A DNA stretch of 64,000 nucleotides from Escherichia phage EK010, in the sequence record NC_070981.1. One strand, 5' to 3'. The position numbers and the translations under genes are program-made. Position 1 is the first letter of the stretch. Each line of letters begins with the position of its first letter. Shown piece by piece: positions 9,649 to 18,437 of this stretch. The notes below the pieces were generated by a model that was not told where the DNA came from, searched no databases, and saw only the letters and a list, made by a program, of their open reading frames with translations.

Positions 9649-10075
9649 TGAGAAAGTTTTAGTAGCAACTTACGGCAGCTTGAGAAAAGGTCAACACAAC
9701 CACGCTATCAATGCTCGTGCAGGTGGTGTGTCTATCGGTGAAGGGTGGACAGTAAACAACTGTAACCTGTATCAGTATTGCACAGCATACTTCCCAAGTG
9801 TATCTCTGGTGCATAACAGCAATGGTAAGCCTGTTCGTGTAGAGGTCTTTGAGACAACCCAAGCTGGTCTGGAAGGCCCATATGACGGTCTGGAAGGTCA
9901 CCGTGGCAATGATAACCCATACACCTTTTACAAACGTACATTGATCCCAGTATTATTGGACAGTGGTGAAACTGTGGAAGCGTGGATTTACCATATTGAC
10001 GAAGAACAAGATGTTCTTGTTGAATCTGGTGACTGGACAGCATATCTGGCAGGTGAGAAGGATGACAGTAACTGA
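9641..10075 (+). CDS. gamma-glutamylamine cyclotransferase-like protein (AIG2/GGCT fold)
   Basis: N-terminal 'VATYGSLRKGQHNH' matches the GGACT 'YGTLKRGQPNH' signature; candidate catalytic Glu in 'RVEVFE'. Confidence 0.6.
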   Translation: MSNEKVLVATYGSLRKGQHNHAINARAGGVSIGEGWTVNNCNLYQYCTAYFPSVSLVHNSNGKPVRVEVFETTQAGLEGPYDGLEGHRGNDNPYTFYKRTLIPVLLDSGETVEAWIYHIDEEQDVLVESGDWTAYLAGEKDDSN

Positions 10076-10268
10076 CAGGCAGAAGTTAAGAAAGCTGGAA
10101 TCTGACTACTTGAAGATGCGGTGGAAAATTAATCGCTATGAAAAGTTTGTCAGTATGCTCACACCTGATAAGCACTCTGAAGAATTTATTCACAGAACAA
10201 AGCAAACCTTGCAGGGTTTTAGAAACTTGCAAGATGATGTGTGGGAAGAAATACGATCGTTTTACTAA
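10062..10268 (+). CDS. hypothetical protein (68 aa)
   Basis: Internal ATG of track ORF 9963-10268 with AGGTGA RBS; overlaps end of previous gene. Confidence 0.4.
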   Translation: MTVTDRQKLRKLESDYLKMRWKINRYEKFVSMLTPDKHSEEFIHRTKQTLQGFRNLQDDVWEEIRSFY

Positions 10269-10303
10269 GAAGATTGCTCAAGGAATTCCAAGGAGGATAG
10301 AGC

Positions 10304-12094
10304 ATGTCAAAGATCATTTTGGGAGACACAGGCTGTAAAGAGTGTATCTCTCATGGTCGTGATAAGACCCGCAATCACATGATTCTCTTCCGAAATGAAG
10401 AGTCCGGTGAGGAGTGGGGTTCATGTAACAGATGTGGTGCGTATGAAATCTTCGAGAAAGGAACGACGCCCACTCCTAATGAAAAGAAAGAGCTGTCCCC
10501 TGAAGAACTCCGAGAAGTCTTAGACGATTGCTTAGAGCTTCCTCAGGGAGAGTTGACTCGTCGCTTAATTCCTAAAGCTGTATCTGAACGTTATGGATGC
10601 CGTATCGGTTTAAGCCAAACAGATGGTCAAACTCCTGACAGCTACTTCTTCCCTCGTGAACGTGATGGGAACATTGTTGGATATGAAGTAAAACTTCTAG
10701 ACAGCAAGAAGTTCTATTATGTAGGTAATGTGAAAGAAGCCGACTTGTTTGGTATGGCTCAAGCACAACGTGGTGACGTATACAACAAGAAACTCTTCAT
10801 CTTTGAAGATCCTCTCTCTTGTATGTCTGGGTTCCACGTACTTACCGCGTTTACAAACGCAACTAACATCAAACCTGCTTGCGTCTCTCTTCCGTTCGGT
10901 GCAGGTTCAATCTCTTCTGTATTATCAAGAAACCGTGATTTTATTAATGGTTTCGAGGAGATTGTACTCTGCATGGACAATGATGATGCAGGTGAGATTG
11001 CTTTAACTAAGGGTCGTTCTCTGTACCCGCATGTTAAGTTTGCAAGGATTCCAAAAGGTACGTTCACTTATAACGGACAAGAAAAGGAAATCAAAGATGC
11101 AAACGACATGTTACTTGCAGGGAGAGGTCAAGAGCTTTTCAACAATCTGAAATATTCAGCTAAGCGGGAATCTCCTGCTGGAGCTGTTACAGTTTTTGAT
11201 TGCCTCGAAGATGCTCTGAAGAAAGCGGAATGGGGTATCCCTTATCCGTGGAAAACTCTCAATGACATGACCTTTGGTATTCGTTGGGGAGAGATGGTTG
11301 CAATCGGTGGTGGTGTTGGTTCAGGTAAAACCTTAATCGCACATGAACTGGTAGCATGGCTTTGCCTTGAGCACGGTTTTAATGGTGGTGGCTTCTTCTT
11401 GGAAGAGAAGGTAGGCATGTCTGTTAAGAACATTGCAGGTAAATCCGCATCCATCCCATTCCACCGACCAGATGTTGAGTATGAAGAAAGTCAGCTACGA
11501 GATGAAGCACTTCGATACGCTGATAAGTTTTTCTTGTACGACAACTTTGGGCAGAATGAGTGGGAAGACATTAAGCAGTGTATTCGCTTTTGGGTAGTTG
11601 AGAATCAGTGTAAATTTATCATTCTTGATAACATCACTGCATTGGTATCTCACTTAACTCCGTCTGAGGTAAATACAGAAATCAGCAAGATTGCTTCAGA
11701 GCTTGCTGGTATGTGTAAGGAACTGGACTTCACTGCTTTTGTGTTATCTCACTTGAATGCTCCGGCGGGCGGTGCCCCTCACGAAGAAGGTGGTCAGGTT
11801 AAAGAAGTACAGTTTACTGGCTCACGTTCATTAATGCGCTGGTGTCAATGTATTATCGGTTTCGAACGTAATAAACAAGCGGATGGGTTAGGTAAAAACT
11901 TGTCAATCATACGTCTGCTCAAAGAACGTAACTACGGACAGACAGGGGTTTGCTATACCAAATACATTAACGAAACAGGTCGTCTTGTGGAACGAGAAGA
12001 TCATGAAGTTGATGAAGATAATCCGTTTACAGTCACCAATGGAGAAGATGCAGCTTCCTTACTTTCACAAGAAGGGGAGGCACGTCCATGGTAA
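10304..12094 (+). CDS. DNA primase-helicase (T7 gp4-like)
   Basis: N-terminal zinc finger 'CKECISHG...CNRCGAY', TOPRIM-like 'DNDDAGE', Walker A 'GGGVGSGKT'; AGGAGG RBS. Confidence 0.8.
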   Translation: MSKIILGDTGCKECISHGRDKTRNHMILFRNEESGEEWGSCNRCGAYEIFEKGTTPTPNEKKELSPEELREVLDDCLELPQGELTRRLIPKAVSERYGCRIGLSQTDGQTPDSYFFPRERDGNIVGYEVKLLDSKKFYYVGNVKEADLFGMAQAQRGDVYNKKLFIFEDPLSCMSGFHVLTAFTNATNIKPACVSLPFGAGSISSVLSRNRDFINGFEEIVLCMDNDDAGEIALTKGRSLYPHVKFARIPKGTFTYNGQEKEIKDANDMLLAGRGQELFNNLKYSAKRESPAGAVTVFDCLEDALKKAEWGIPYPWKTLNDMTFGIRWGEMVAIGGGVGSGKTLIAHELVAWLCLEHGFNGGGFFLEEKVGMSVKNIAGKSASIPFHRPDVEYEESQLRDEALRYADKFFLYDNFGQNEWEDIKQCIRFWVVENQCKFIILDNITALVSHLTPSEVNTEISKIASELAGMCKELDFTAFVLSHLNAPAGGAPHEEGGQVKEVQFTGSRSLMRWCQCIIGFERNKQADGLGKNLSIIRLLKERNYGQTGVCYTKYINETGRLVEREDHEVDEDNPFTVTNGEDAASLLSQEGEARPW

Positions 12095-12636
12095 AGAAAC
12101 TGTATGCGTTTGATATTGAAGGTGATAACCTCTATGACGGTATTCAGAATGTCTGGTGTATATGGATATTTGATGTACTGTCTGGAGAACGGTGGGGGTA
12201 TCGCCCTCACCAAATTGAAGAAGCACTACACAAACTGAAAGAAGCTGATGTAGTAATAGGTCACAATATTATTGATTTTGACCTTCCTGCTTTGTTTAAA
12301 TTCTACTCTCATGTGATACCTTTTCGTTTTAATGTCTTTGATACCCTGTGCCTGAGTCGATACCTCAAGCCTGATCGTATTGGTGACAGTCCAGAATACC
12401 CCAAAGGCGACCCTAGACATGGACCTCGCGGTCATGGCCTCAAGCAATGGGGCGAATTTCTGGGAGAGCTGAAGGGTGATTATGGCGAACAGGAAGAAGC
12501 ATGGGATGCATTCACTGAAGACATGTTCACATATTGTGAGCAAGACGTTAACTTGACAGTTAAGGTTTACATGTGTCTTTGTCAAATGGCAGGATTTGAT
12601 TATAAGAATCCCCCATCTCTCAACTGGAAAATGTAG
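12088..12636 (+). CDS. DEDD-family 3'-5' exonuclease (candidate proofreading subunit)
   Basis: 'FDIEGD' (Exo I), '[11 protein letters not shown]' (Exo II), 'YCEQD' (Exo III); start overlaps helicase stop. Confidence 0.6.
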   Translation: MVKKLYAFDIEGDNLYDGIQNVWCIWIFDVLSGERWGYRPHQIEEALHKLKEADVVIGHNIIDFDLPALFKFYSHVIPFRFNVFDTLCLSRYLKPDRIGDSPEYPKGDPRHGPRGHGLKQWGEFLGELKGDYGEQEEAWDAFTEDMFTYCEQDVNLTVKVYMCLCQMAGFDYKNPPSLNWKM

Positions 12637-12638
12637 AA

Positions 12639-14099
12639 ATGATTAAGATTCCATTATCTGAATTGAACCTTCAAGAAGGAGAAGCCCTCAGTGTAGGGCT
12701 TGACCTGATTCGTAATTTGATCAGAGATAACGTAGTCCCTGATGGTATCTATCCTGTTATTGCAGGTGGTGCTATCCGTGATACGTTCTTCCAAAATCGA
12801 ACTCCGAATGATGTTGATATCTTCCTAGTTCAAGGAGGGCTTCGTTGGAACACTCGCCAGGAAAATAGCCCTGCTAACGTAGGTAATGCTGCACTGTTCC
12901 TTGACAACTTCTTATCTTGGACAGAAAGTAAGGGGCTTCAGGTTACATCTCGCCTAGTTCAGCCTGTTAACGGGACAACCTATGCTGAAGCGCTTTTCAC
13001 TTTCCAAGAGATTCTGGAAATTGAGATTGATCAAGTGAAGATTCAGATGATGATTAATCTCCCTCTGGATATGGATACTTTGAGTCGTCGCTTTCCTATG
13101 ATCTGTCAAGGGTTTATGACTCTTGGTGATTTGTATGTGTCAAACGAAGGTTTGTTTGCAATGTCATACACTCGTGACATTCCTGTGGTATCTAGTCGTG
13201 AAATGAAGTATGTTCACAAGAAGTGGCCTGAAGCAACTGTTGCAGTTTATAGCAGTTCTACCGAATATATGCACCTTGCAATGGGAGCTTTCGGTGAGCC
13301 AGAAGTTCACCTGATTAGTGATTTAGTTGGACCTATGGCTGGTGTAAATTTATATCAGAATCAGCGTCGTCATTATACCCTGAAGATGATGGAAACTATA
13401 TTAAACATTCCTCAGGAAAGGGGTCGTAGCTATCTGGACGAGGAAGTTAACCTACAGACAGAATGGTCTAGTGGATTAACCACTATAGGTGCTGAAGCAA
13501 TTACGCAGCCTTGGACTCCGGGAACTAACAGACGAGATCTTCAAGCTTTTAATGAAGAAACTTCTCGAACTGTTCGAGGAGGTGTTGTAGGGTATAACGT
13601 ACAACCTCATGAAAGACCTCGTGACACTTTTACTGGCAGTTTTGGTAGTGCACACTCTTCTGGAATGGATACTCGTACATGGCATGTCCAAGGAGGAACT
13701 GCTCGTCCTATTCCTTCTCCGTCAATGGATGATTTGCAGCGTTCTCGTCGTTCATGGGAAACAGTAAGCTCTGTTGTTCAGGGTCTACGTGCTAGTGATG
13801 TAGAACGTGTAGAAGTTGGCGATGTGCTGGAAGATGGATTGCTGGCGATAGCGGCTCGTGAAGCTGCTCGTACTGGCTTTGCATCTTTAGCTAATGATGC
13901 TAACGAAGCTCCTCGCCCTCGCCGTCGTAGCGGTTTAGCTCACTCTAACACTGAACTAGGTTCAGAACTCCGATCTGCTGCTCGTGAGCTATCTGGTGAG
14001 CTTCACAACAACCTAGCAGGTGTTACACTATCTCGTGAAACAGCTCGTAATATGATTAATAATTTGGCATCATCTGTACAAGGAAACAGAAACTCATGA
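12639..14099 (+). CDS. Pol-beta-superfamily nucleotidyltransferase (CCA-adding/poly(A) polymerase-like head) with Ser/Arg-rich low-complexity C-terminus
   Basis: 'IAGGAIRDTFF...NDVDIFL' matches GGAVRD + DxD catalytic motif; C-terminal half GC-rich and compositionally distinct. Confidence 0.5.
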   Translation: MIKIPLSELNLQEGEALSVGLDLIRNLIRDNVVPDGIYPVIAGGAIRDTFFQNRTPNDVDIFLVQGGLRWNTRQENSPANVGNAALFLDNFLSWTESKGLQVTSRLVQPVNGTTYAEALFTFQEILEIEIDQVKIQMMINLPLDMDTLSRRFPMICQGFMTLGDLYVSNEGLFAMSYTRDIPVVSSREMKYVHKKWPEATVAVYSSSTEYMHLAMGAFGEPEVHLISDLVGPMAGVNLYQNQRRHYTLKMMETILNIPQERGRSYLDEEVNLQTEWSSGLTTIGAEAITQPWTPGTNRRDLQAFNEETSRTVRGGVVGYNVQPHERPRDTFTGSFGSAHSSGMDTRTWHVQGGTARPIPSPSMDDLQRSRRSWETVSSVVQGLRASDVERVEVGDVLEDGLLAIAAREAARTGFASLANDANEAPRPRRRSGLAHSNTELGSELRSAARELSGELHNNLAGVTLSRETARNMINNLASSVQGNRNS

Positions 14100-14629
14100 G
14101 TCTTTTAGGTTCTCAAGAATTACACAGCGTTATTGATAGTGGCTTTTTAGATGCGGAGCATAAATATGTTAACGCTGCTAGTGTGGATATCCGTATTGGT
14201 GATACTATCCTTGTTGAAGAACAGGCTGATGGTATTGTTGACATTGATGCTAAAGAAAACCTCAAGTGGAAAGAAGTGAAAATCCCTGAAGATGGCATTG
14301 TCATTACTCCGGGACAGTTCTTCTTAGCTCACTCTATGGAAGAATTTAACCTTCCAGATAACATCTCAAGCCTGTTTGTACTCCGCTCCTCGATGGCTCG
14401 TTGTGGTTTGAACCACCTACATGCTGGTTGGGCTGATGCAGGGTTTAACAGCAGTAAGCTAACCTTTGAGTTCCATAACGTTACCCACAATCACAGCTTA
14501 CGAGTTCGTGCTGGGATGCGTGTTGGTCAAATGGTTATGTTTGAACACTCTCACGCTGGTGATGATTCCTATGCAGTGAAGGGTCGTTACAATGGCAGCA
14601 ATGGTGTAGTTGCTTCTAAAGGTGTATAA
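14096..14629 (+). CDS. dcd: dCTP deaminase
   Basis: 'VDIRIG', 'LRSSMARCGL', 'GWADAGFNSSKLTFEFHN' align with bacterial Dcd motifs. Confidence 0.7.
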   Translation: MSLLGSQELHSVIDSGFLDAEHKYVNAASVDIRIGDTILVEEQADGIVDIDAKENLKWKEVKIPEDGIVITPGQFFLAHSMEEFNLPDNISSLFVLRSSMARCGLNHLHAGWADAGFNSSKLTFEFHNVTHNHSLRVRAGMRVGQMVMFEHSHAGDDSYAVKGRYNGSNGVVASKGV

Positions 14630-14632
14630 TTG

Positions 14633-14845
14633 ATGGAGTTTGGAACAATGAAAAGACGTTGGGTAGTTCGTGTTCACTGGAGCAGTGGTGCAGAGTCAAT
14701 GGGTATTAGAAACACCCGTCAAGAAGCTCGCGCTCATAAGAAGTTCTTGTTAAGTTGTGAAAGCACAATTAATAAGATCACTATCCACAAAGCTCAAGAC
14801 TTTAAATCAGGTCGTTTCTATATCAGCGGAAAGGTACATTACTAA
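14633..14845 (+). CDS. small protein, paralog family member 1 of 4
   Basis: Shares W-x-V-x-V-x-W ... RQEAR ... K-I ... (V/I)HY pattern with 14845, 16709, 16929 ORFs. Confidence 0.5.
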   Translation: MEFGTMKRRWVVRVHWSSGAESMGIRNTRQEARAHKKFLLSCESTINKITIHKAQDFKSGRFYISGKVHY

Positions 14846-15051
14846 TGGCTAGATTATGGGCAGTTCGCGTTAAATGGGCTAACAAAGACCTTGGTGGTGA
14901 TTGTATTAAATTATTCGACACTCGACAAGAAGCTCGTCTTGCTAAGAAAGCTACAAAAGCTTTAGGTCTCGCTGAAAAAGTAGAGATTCATCGTTGGTTT
15001 CAAAATGACAATAACAGTGCAGGATCCTTGACTAGCAAGGTTCATTACTAG
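14845..15051 (+). CDS. small protein, paralog family member 2 of 4
   Basis: Same pattern; start overlaps upstream stop (TAATG). Confidence 0.5.
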   Translation: MARLWAVRVKWANKDLGGDCIKLFDTRQEARLAKKATKALGLAEKVEIHRWFQNDNNSAGSLTSKVHY

Positions 15052-15075
15052 TTGGTAGTAGATATGATAACTCTC

Positions 15076-15084
15076 AAATGTATA
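15076..15084 (+). promoter_or_regulatory. promoter-like motif AAATGTATA (one mismatch to TAATGTATA)
   Basis: Intergenic, 37 nt upstream of ATG 15122. Confidence 0.35.
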
Positions 15085-15121
15085 TACAGTATAAGAATAT
15101 TGTATGAAACAGGAGAGAGTT

Positions 15122-15451
15122 ATGTTAGATTTGAGTAAAGTGGCCCCGCCATCTGAAGAGATTAGCAAAGCTAAAGTTATGCAGCAGTTCTATCATCGGG
15201 ATATGCTTGGTCGTTATATCAAGAATCGTGATGTTGTTGCATGGTCTATTGGAAATCAAGGTTATCTTCTCAAAGTGTTGCAAGTTACTGGCTCAACAGC
15301 CAAGCGAGTCAAAGTCTATGACCCTGAAATGGGGCGTTCTAAATCAGTAGACCCTCAGAATTGCATTGTTATCACACAACAGGTCATGGATAACATTGCT
15401 CGTAATGTAGCTAATTCAACTAACTTAGAAGGGGATGCACCTAATGCATAA
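15122..15451 (+). CDS. hypothetical protein (109 aa)
   Basis: Internal ATG with AGGAGAG RBS; preceded by AAATGTATA motif. Confidence 0.55.
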   Translation: MLDLSKVAPPSEEISKAKVMQQFYHRDMLGRYIKNRDVVAWSIGNQGYLLKVLQVTGSTAKRVKVYDPEMGRSKSVDPQNCIVITQQVMDNIARNVANSTNLEGDAPNA

Positions 15452-16010
15452 TAATGTCTTCGACTTACCTGAACTAACACGAGTGGGTTCTAGCAACCCA
15501 TTCTCTACTACTGACTCTTCTATTTCTCGTCTTGAGGGAATGAATAAACTGATTAGTGGTAACAGCTTAGAACACATCTTATGTGATGTGCAAGCTAACC
15601 TTGAACTTCTACACATCAAAGCAAAGAACTACCACTGGAACGTCTCTGGAGCTGGTTTCCAAGGTGTTCATGGTATGTTCGATGAACTAGAAGATTATGC
15701 TCGTGAGGCAGGCGACCGAATAGCAGAGCGTATGCGCTTCCATTGTGTTAAGGTGGATGCCACTGCCAGTAACTATTTAGGTCACGCTTGGTTCCGAGAA
15801 GGTAACGCTGATCTCGACATGGACGGTATGCTTTCCGACATGTGCATGACTCTTATGTGTATCATTGAGAAGATGGATGAGTTTGATTCAGACTTGTGCA
15901 CCTATCCAGTGGACCAGAGTATGCTTCAAGAAATTAATGAAGGTCTTGGCAAGTTCTGTTACTTCGTCAAGAGCAACATGTCCCACTCCAGTGGTGATGT
16001 GTCTTACTAA
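15435..16010 (+). CDS. Dps-like ferritin (DNA-binding ferroxidase fold)
   Basis: 'NYHWNVSGAGFQGVHGMFDELEDYAREAGDRIAERM' matches the Dps signature; start may be ATG 15444. Confidence 0.6.
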   Translation: MHLMHNNVFDLPELTRVGSSNPFSTTDSSISRLEGMNKLISGNSLEHILCDVQANLELLHIKAKNYHWNVSGAGFQGVHGMFDELEDYAREAGDRIAERMRFHCVKVDATASNYLGHAWFREGNADLDMDGMLSDMCMTLMCIIEKMDEFDSDLCTYPVDQSMLQEINEGLGKFCYFVKSNMSHSSGDVSY

Positions 16011-16019
16011 TCAAACCTC

Positions 16020-16060
16020 CGCCCTGTCTCGTTTGTTCAAGAGGTGGGGCGAACTTTTTT
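16020..16060 (+). terminator. rho-independent terminator candidate after Dps-like gene
   Basis: Imperfect ~11-bp stem (three G-U pairs) followed by TTTTTT. Confidence 0.4.
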
Positions 16061-16074
16061 ATAAGGATGTGAAT

Positions 16075-16254
16075 ATGTTTTCAGCAATCGTATGGTCTGT
16101 GTGGGCAATTCTTGTTGGCGGTATCGTTTATCTGGCTCAGAAGCAGATGCTTAAAGAGAATCCGAATGATGCTAAAGCCATTAAACATGGCAGCATTGCT
16201 CTGGTAGTCTTCTCTGTTGTTATTCCTTTCCTTCTTCACCTATGGACTGCATAA
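16075..16254 (+). CDS. small membrane protein (two predicted TM helices)
   Basis: Internal ATG with AAGGA RBS; hydrophobic stretches; follows a hairpin + T-run. Confidence 0.5.
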   Translation: MFSAIVWSVWAILVGGIVYLAQKQMLKENPNDAKAIKHGSIALVVFSVVIPFLLHLWTA

Positions 16255-16430
16255 TGAAATTAAACCTCCCTGAAGAGCTACAAGCACATGCTATTATTGT
16301 TAGTGGCTGTGTAATGGGTCTTGGTCAGACGAAGAAGATTGCCCATGATTTAGCAAAAGGGCAGTATAAATCTTTTATTGTTGTTCCTGCTACCCAACGT
16401 CATATCAATCTGTTTATTAACAAGGAATAG
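16254..16430 (+). CDS. hypothetical protein (58 aa)
   Basis: ATG overlapping upstream stop (TAATG). Confidence 0.4.
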   Translation: MKLNLPEELQAHAIIVSGCVMGLGQTKKIAHDLAKGQYKSFIVVPATQRHINLFINKE

Positions 16431-16431
16431 A

Positions 16432-16707
16432 ATGAGTAAAGTGATTAAGTTTTATAGTAACTCCTGTGCTCCGTGTGCAGCTATGGCTCCTGTGTTTAAG
16501 AAGGTTGTGGCTGACTATAACGTTGAAGTTGAAGAGGTAAACATCTCTGAAGGTGATGGTCGAGAGCGGGCCATTGAGTATGGTGTTCGCAGTATCCCAG
16601 CCTTCATAGTCCCTGATAATAACAGTGGTGCTCACTATAGTTTGTCAGGTATGCAAACTGAATCTAATCTCCGTGCATTTTTAGACACGGCTCTGAAAGG
16701 TAAGTAA
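16432..16707 (+). CDS. thioredoxin/glutaredoxin-like protein
   Basis: 'SCAPC' CxxC active-site-like motif and 'VRSIPAF'; AAGGA RBS. Confidence 0.5.
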   Translation: MSKVIKFYSNSCAPCAAMAPVFKKVVADYNVEVEEVNISEGDGRERAIEYGVRSIPAFIVPDNNSGAHYSLSGMQTESNLRAFLDTALKGK

Positions 16708-16708
16708 T

Positions 16709-16921
16709 ATGTCCGAATGTAAATGGGCTTTACAAGTAAATTGGGGTGGTAATAGAAGTGACATTGCCGCCACTATCTCGTTACAACGAACCCGTGAAGC
16801 TGCTCGTACACTTCGTCGTATGTTTATCAGTGGTGGTCAGAAACCATGTGATGTTAAAATCTACAAAGTTAAACATACCAACGGTGTTATGCAAATTGAC
16901 ACCAACGTAAATTATCGCTGA
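16709..16921 (+). CDS. small protein, paralog family member 3 of 4
   Basis: W..V.W ... TREAAR ... C-terminal NYR. Confidence 0.5.
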   Translation: MSECKWALQVNWGGNRSDIAATISLQRTREAARTLRRMFISGGQKPCDVKIYKVKHTNGVMQIDTNVNYR

Positions 16922-16928
16922 GGCAGAT

Positions 16929-17144
16929 ATGGAAAAGAAACCTTGGGTTACTTTTTGGGTAGTTAAGTGGTTTAATTTTGATAGTACAATCCCTAGCTTC
17001 TCAACATACTCCACACGGAAAGAGGCTCGTCGGTTTAAGCGAGCTTTAAAAATTGCTAATACCGGTGCTTCTAAGATTACAATCCAGAAAGGGATTGAAA
17101 CAGAAAGCGGAAGCAACATGGTTTATAAAAAGATTCACTATTAA
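16929..17144 (+). CDS. small protein, paralog family member 4 of 4
   Basis: W..V.W ... RKEAR ... C-terminal IHY. Confidence 0.5.
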   Translation: MEKKPWVTFWVVKWFNFDSTIPSFSTYSTRKEARRFKRALKIANTGASKITIQKGIETESGSNMVYKKIHY

Positions 17145-17151
17145 GGAAGAA

Positions 17152-17619
17152 ATGATACAAGACGACTTGGAATACAACCCTAAGACTGGAGACTTCTTCT
17201 GGAAGAACACAAAAGGTCGAAGGGTTAAAGGAAATCAAGCTGGGTATGTATCTTCTCTAGGTTATCGTTACATTGAGCATGAAGGGAAAAGCTACAGAGC
17301 TTGTCGCCTTGCTTGGTTCTTTGTTCATGGAAAGTTTCCTGAGTTTGAAATTGACCACATCGACCAGAACAAACTTAATGACTCAATTGATAACCTAAGA
17401 GATGTGAATCCATCTACTAACTGCCATAACAGAAGGCAGTACGATGTTGATAACAAGATAGGAAATCTTCCTAGAGGTGTGTATCTTCGTAAGACAGCTT
17501 CTGGTGATAAATATCGAGCCATTATCGGCGTCAAAGGTAAGAATATATACTTAGGGACTTTTGCTTCTTGTGAAGAGGCAGAAGAAGTTTACAACAAGGA
17601 GAAGTTGAAGTATGTCTGA
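17152..17619 (+). CDS. HNH homing endonuclease with AP2-like DNA-binding domain
   Basis: 'IDHIDQNKLNDSIDNLRDVNPSTNCHN' HNH motif plus AP2-like 'GV...GDKYRAIIGVKGKNIYLGTF'; AAGGAAG RBS; directly upstream of ThyX. Confidence 0.65.
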   Translation: MIQDDLEYNPKTGDFFWKNTKGRRVKGNQAGYVSSLGYRYIEHEGKSYRACRLAWFFVHGKFPEFEIDHIDQNKLNDSIDNLRDVNPSTNCHNRRQYDVDNKIGNLPRGVYLRKTASGDKYRAIIGVKGKNIYLGTFASCEEAEEVYNKEKLKYV

Positions 17620-18262
17620 TTTTTTAAAAGCAACACTGGTAGAGCACATGGGTTCCGACAAATCTGTGGTCAATGCAGCAAGGGTTTCCTTTGGTGTGAC
17701 ACGAGATGGTGATCTGAACGAACGTGACGAGCGGTTGATTAAATTCTTAGCTCGGGAACGTCATGTGACTCCTTTTCGACACCCTCAAATCACCTTTCGG
17801 TGTAAGGCTCCCATTGCAATTGCTAGACAACTCAATAAACACCAAGTTGGATTCTCATGGAACGAAATGTCCCGGCGGTATAAAGATGGAGCAGTTGAAC
17901 TCTTCATCCCTAAAGAGATTTTTGAAAGACCTTCGGACCTCCATGCAGGTGCGGGGAATCTCCTTACCACAGGAGCACAAAACTCTGCACTAGTTCTGAT
18001 TAATCGGGCATACGAAACAGCTCTTGAGTCGTATGATGAATTGATTAAGTTTATCGCTCCAGAGCAAGCTCGATTTGTTCTACCTCAAGGTATGATCACG
18101 GAGTGGGTGTGGACAGGTTCTTTATATGGCTGGTCAGAGTTATGTCGTCAGCGACTGTCCGACCATGCTCAGTATGAAGTACGAGTGTTCGCATCAACGG
18201 TCGATGAAGAGCTTCGTAAACTTTTCCCAATCTCATGGGATGCACTACGTGAAGCCCACTAA
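17612..18262 (+). CDS. thyX: flavin-dependent thymidylate synthase (ThyX family)
   Basis: 'LVEHMGSD...AARVSF', 'KAPIAIARQ', 'NEMSRRY', 'SDHAQYEVR' match ThyX conserved blocks. Confidence 0.65.
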   Translation: MSDFLKATLVEHMGSDKSVVNAARVSFGVTRDGDLNERDERLIKFLARERHVTPFRHPQITFRCKAPIAIARQLNKHQVGFSWNEMSRRYKDGAVELFIPKEIFERPSDLHAGAGNLLTTGAQNSALVLINRAYETALESYDELIKFIAPEQARFVLPQGMITEWVWTGSLYGWSELCRQRLSDHAQYEVRVFASTVDEELRKLFPISWDALREAH

Positions 18263-18437
18263 AGTATGTAGCTTCTGTCAAAAGCAGAAGCTTCTTATCA
18301 ATTTCAAGCTGAACGAGGAAACAGGTTTGGGTCATGCTTTTTGTCATGATTGCAGGCACTACCTTGAACAGAAGCAACACATAAACTGGTTGCATTACTA
18401 CCATCCAACAACATTCAAATTTAAGGTTGTTAAATGA
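18240..18437 (+). CDS. small Cys-rich protein (C-x2-C ... C-x2-C)
   Basis: Internal ATG of track ORF; 'CSFC...CHDC'; overlaps ThyX 3' end. Confidence 0.35.
   Translation: MHYVKPTKVCSFCQKQKLLINFKLNEETGLGHAFCHDCRHYLEQKQHINWLHYYHPTTFKFKVVK

Noticed and set aside
10138-10338. ORF (66 aa) overlapping the primase-helicase start
   Set aside because: It overlaps both the better-supported 10062-10268 ORF and the primase gene, and has no RBS.
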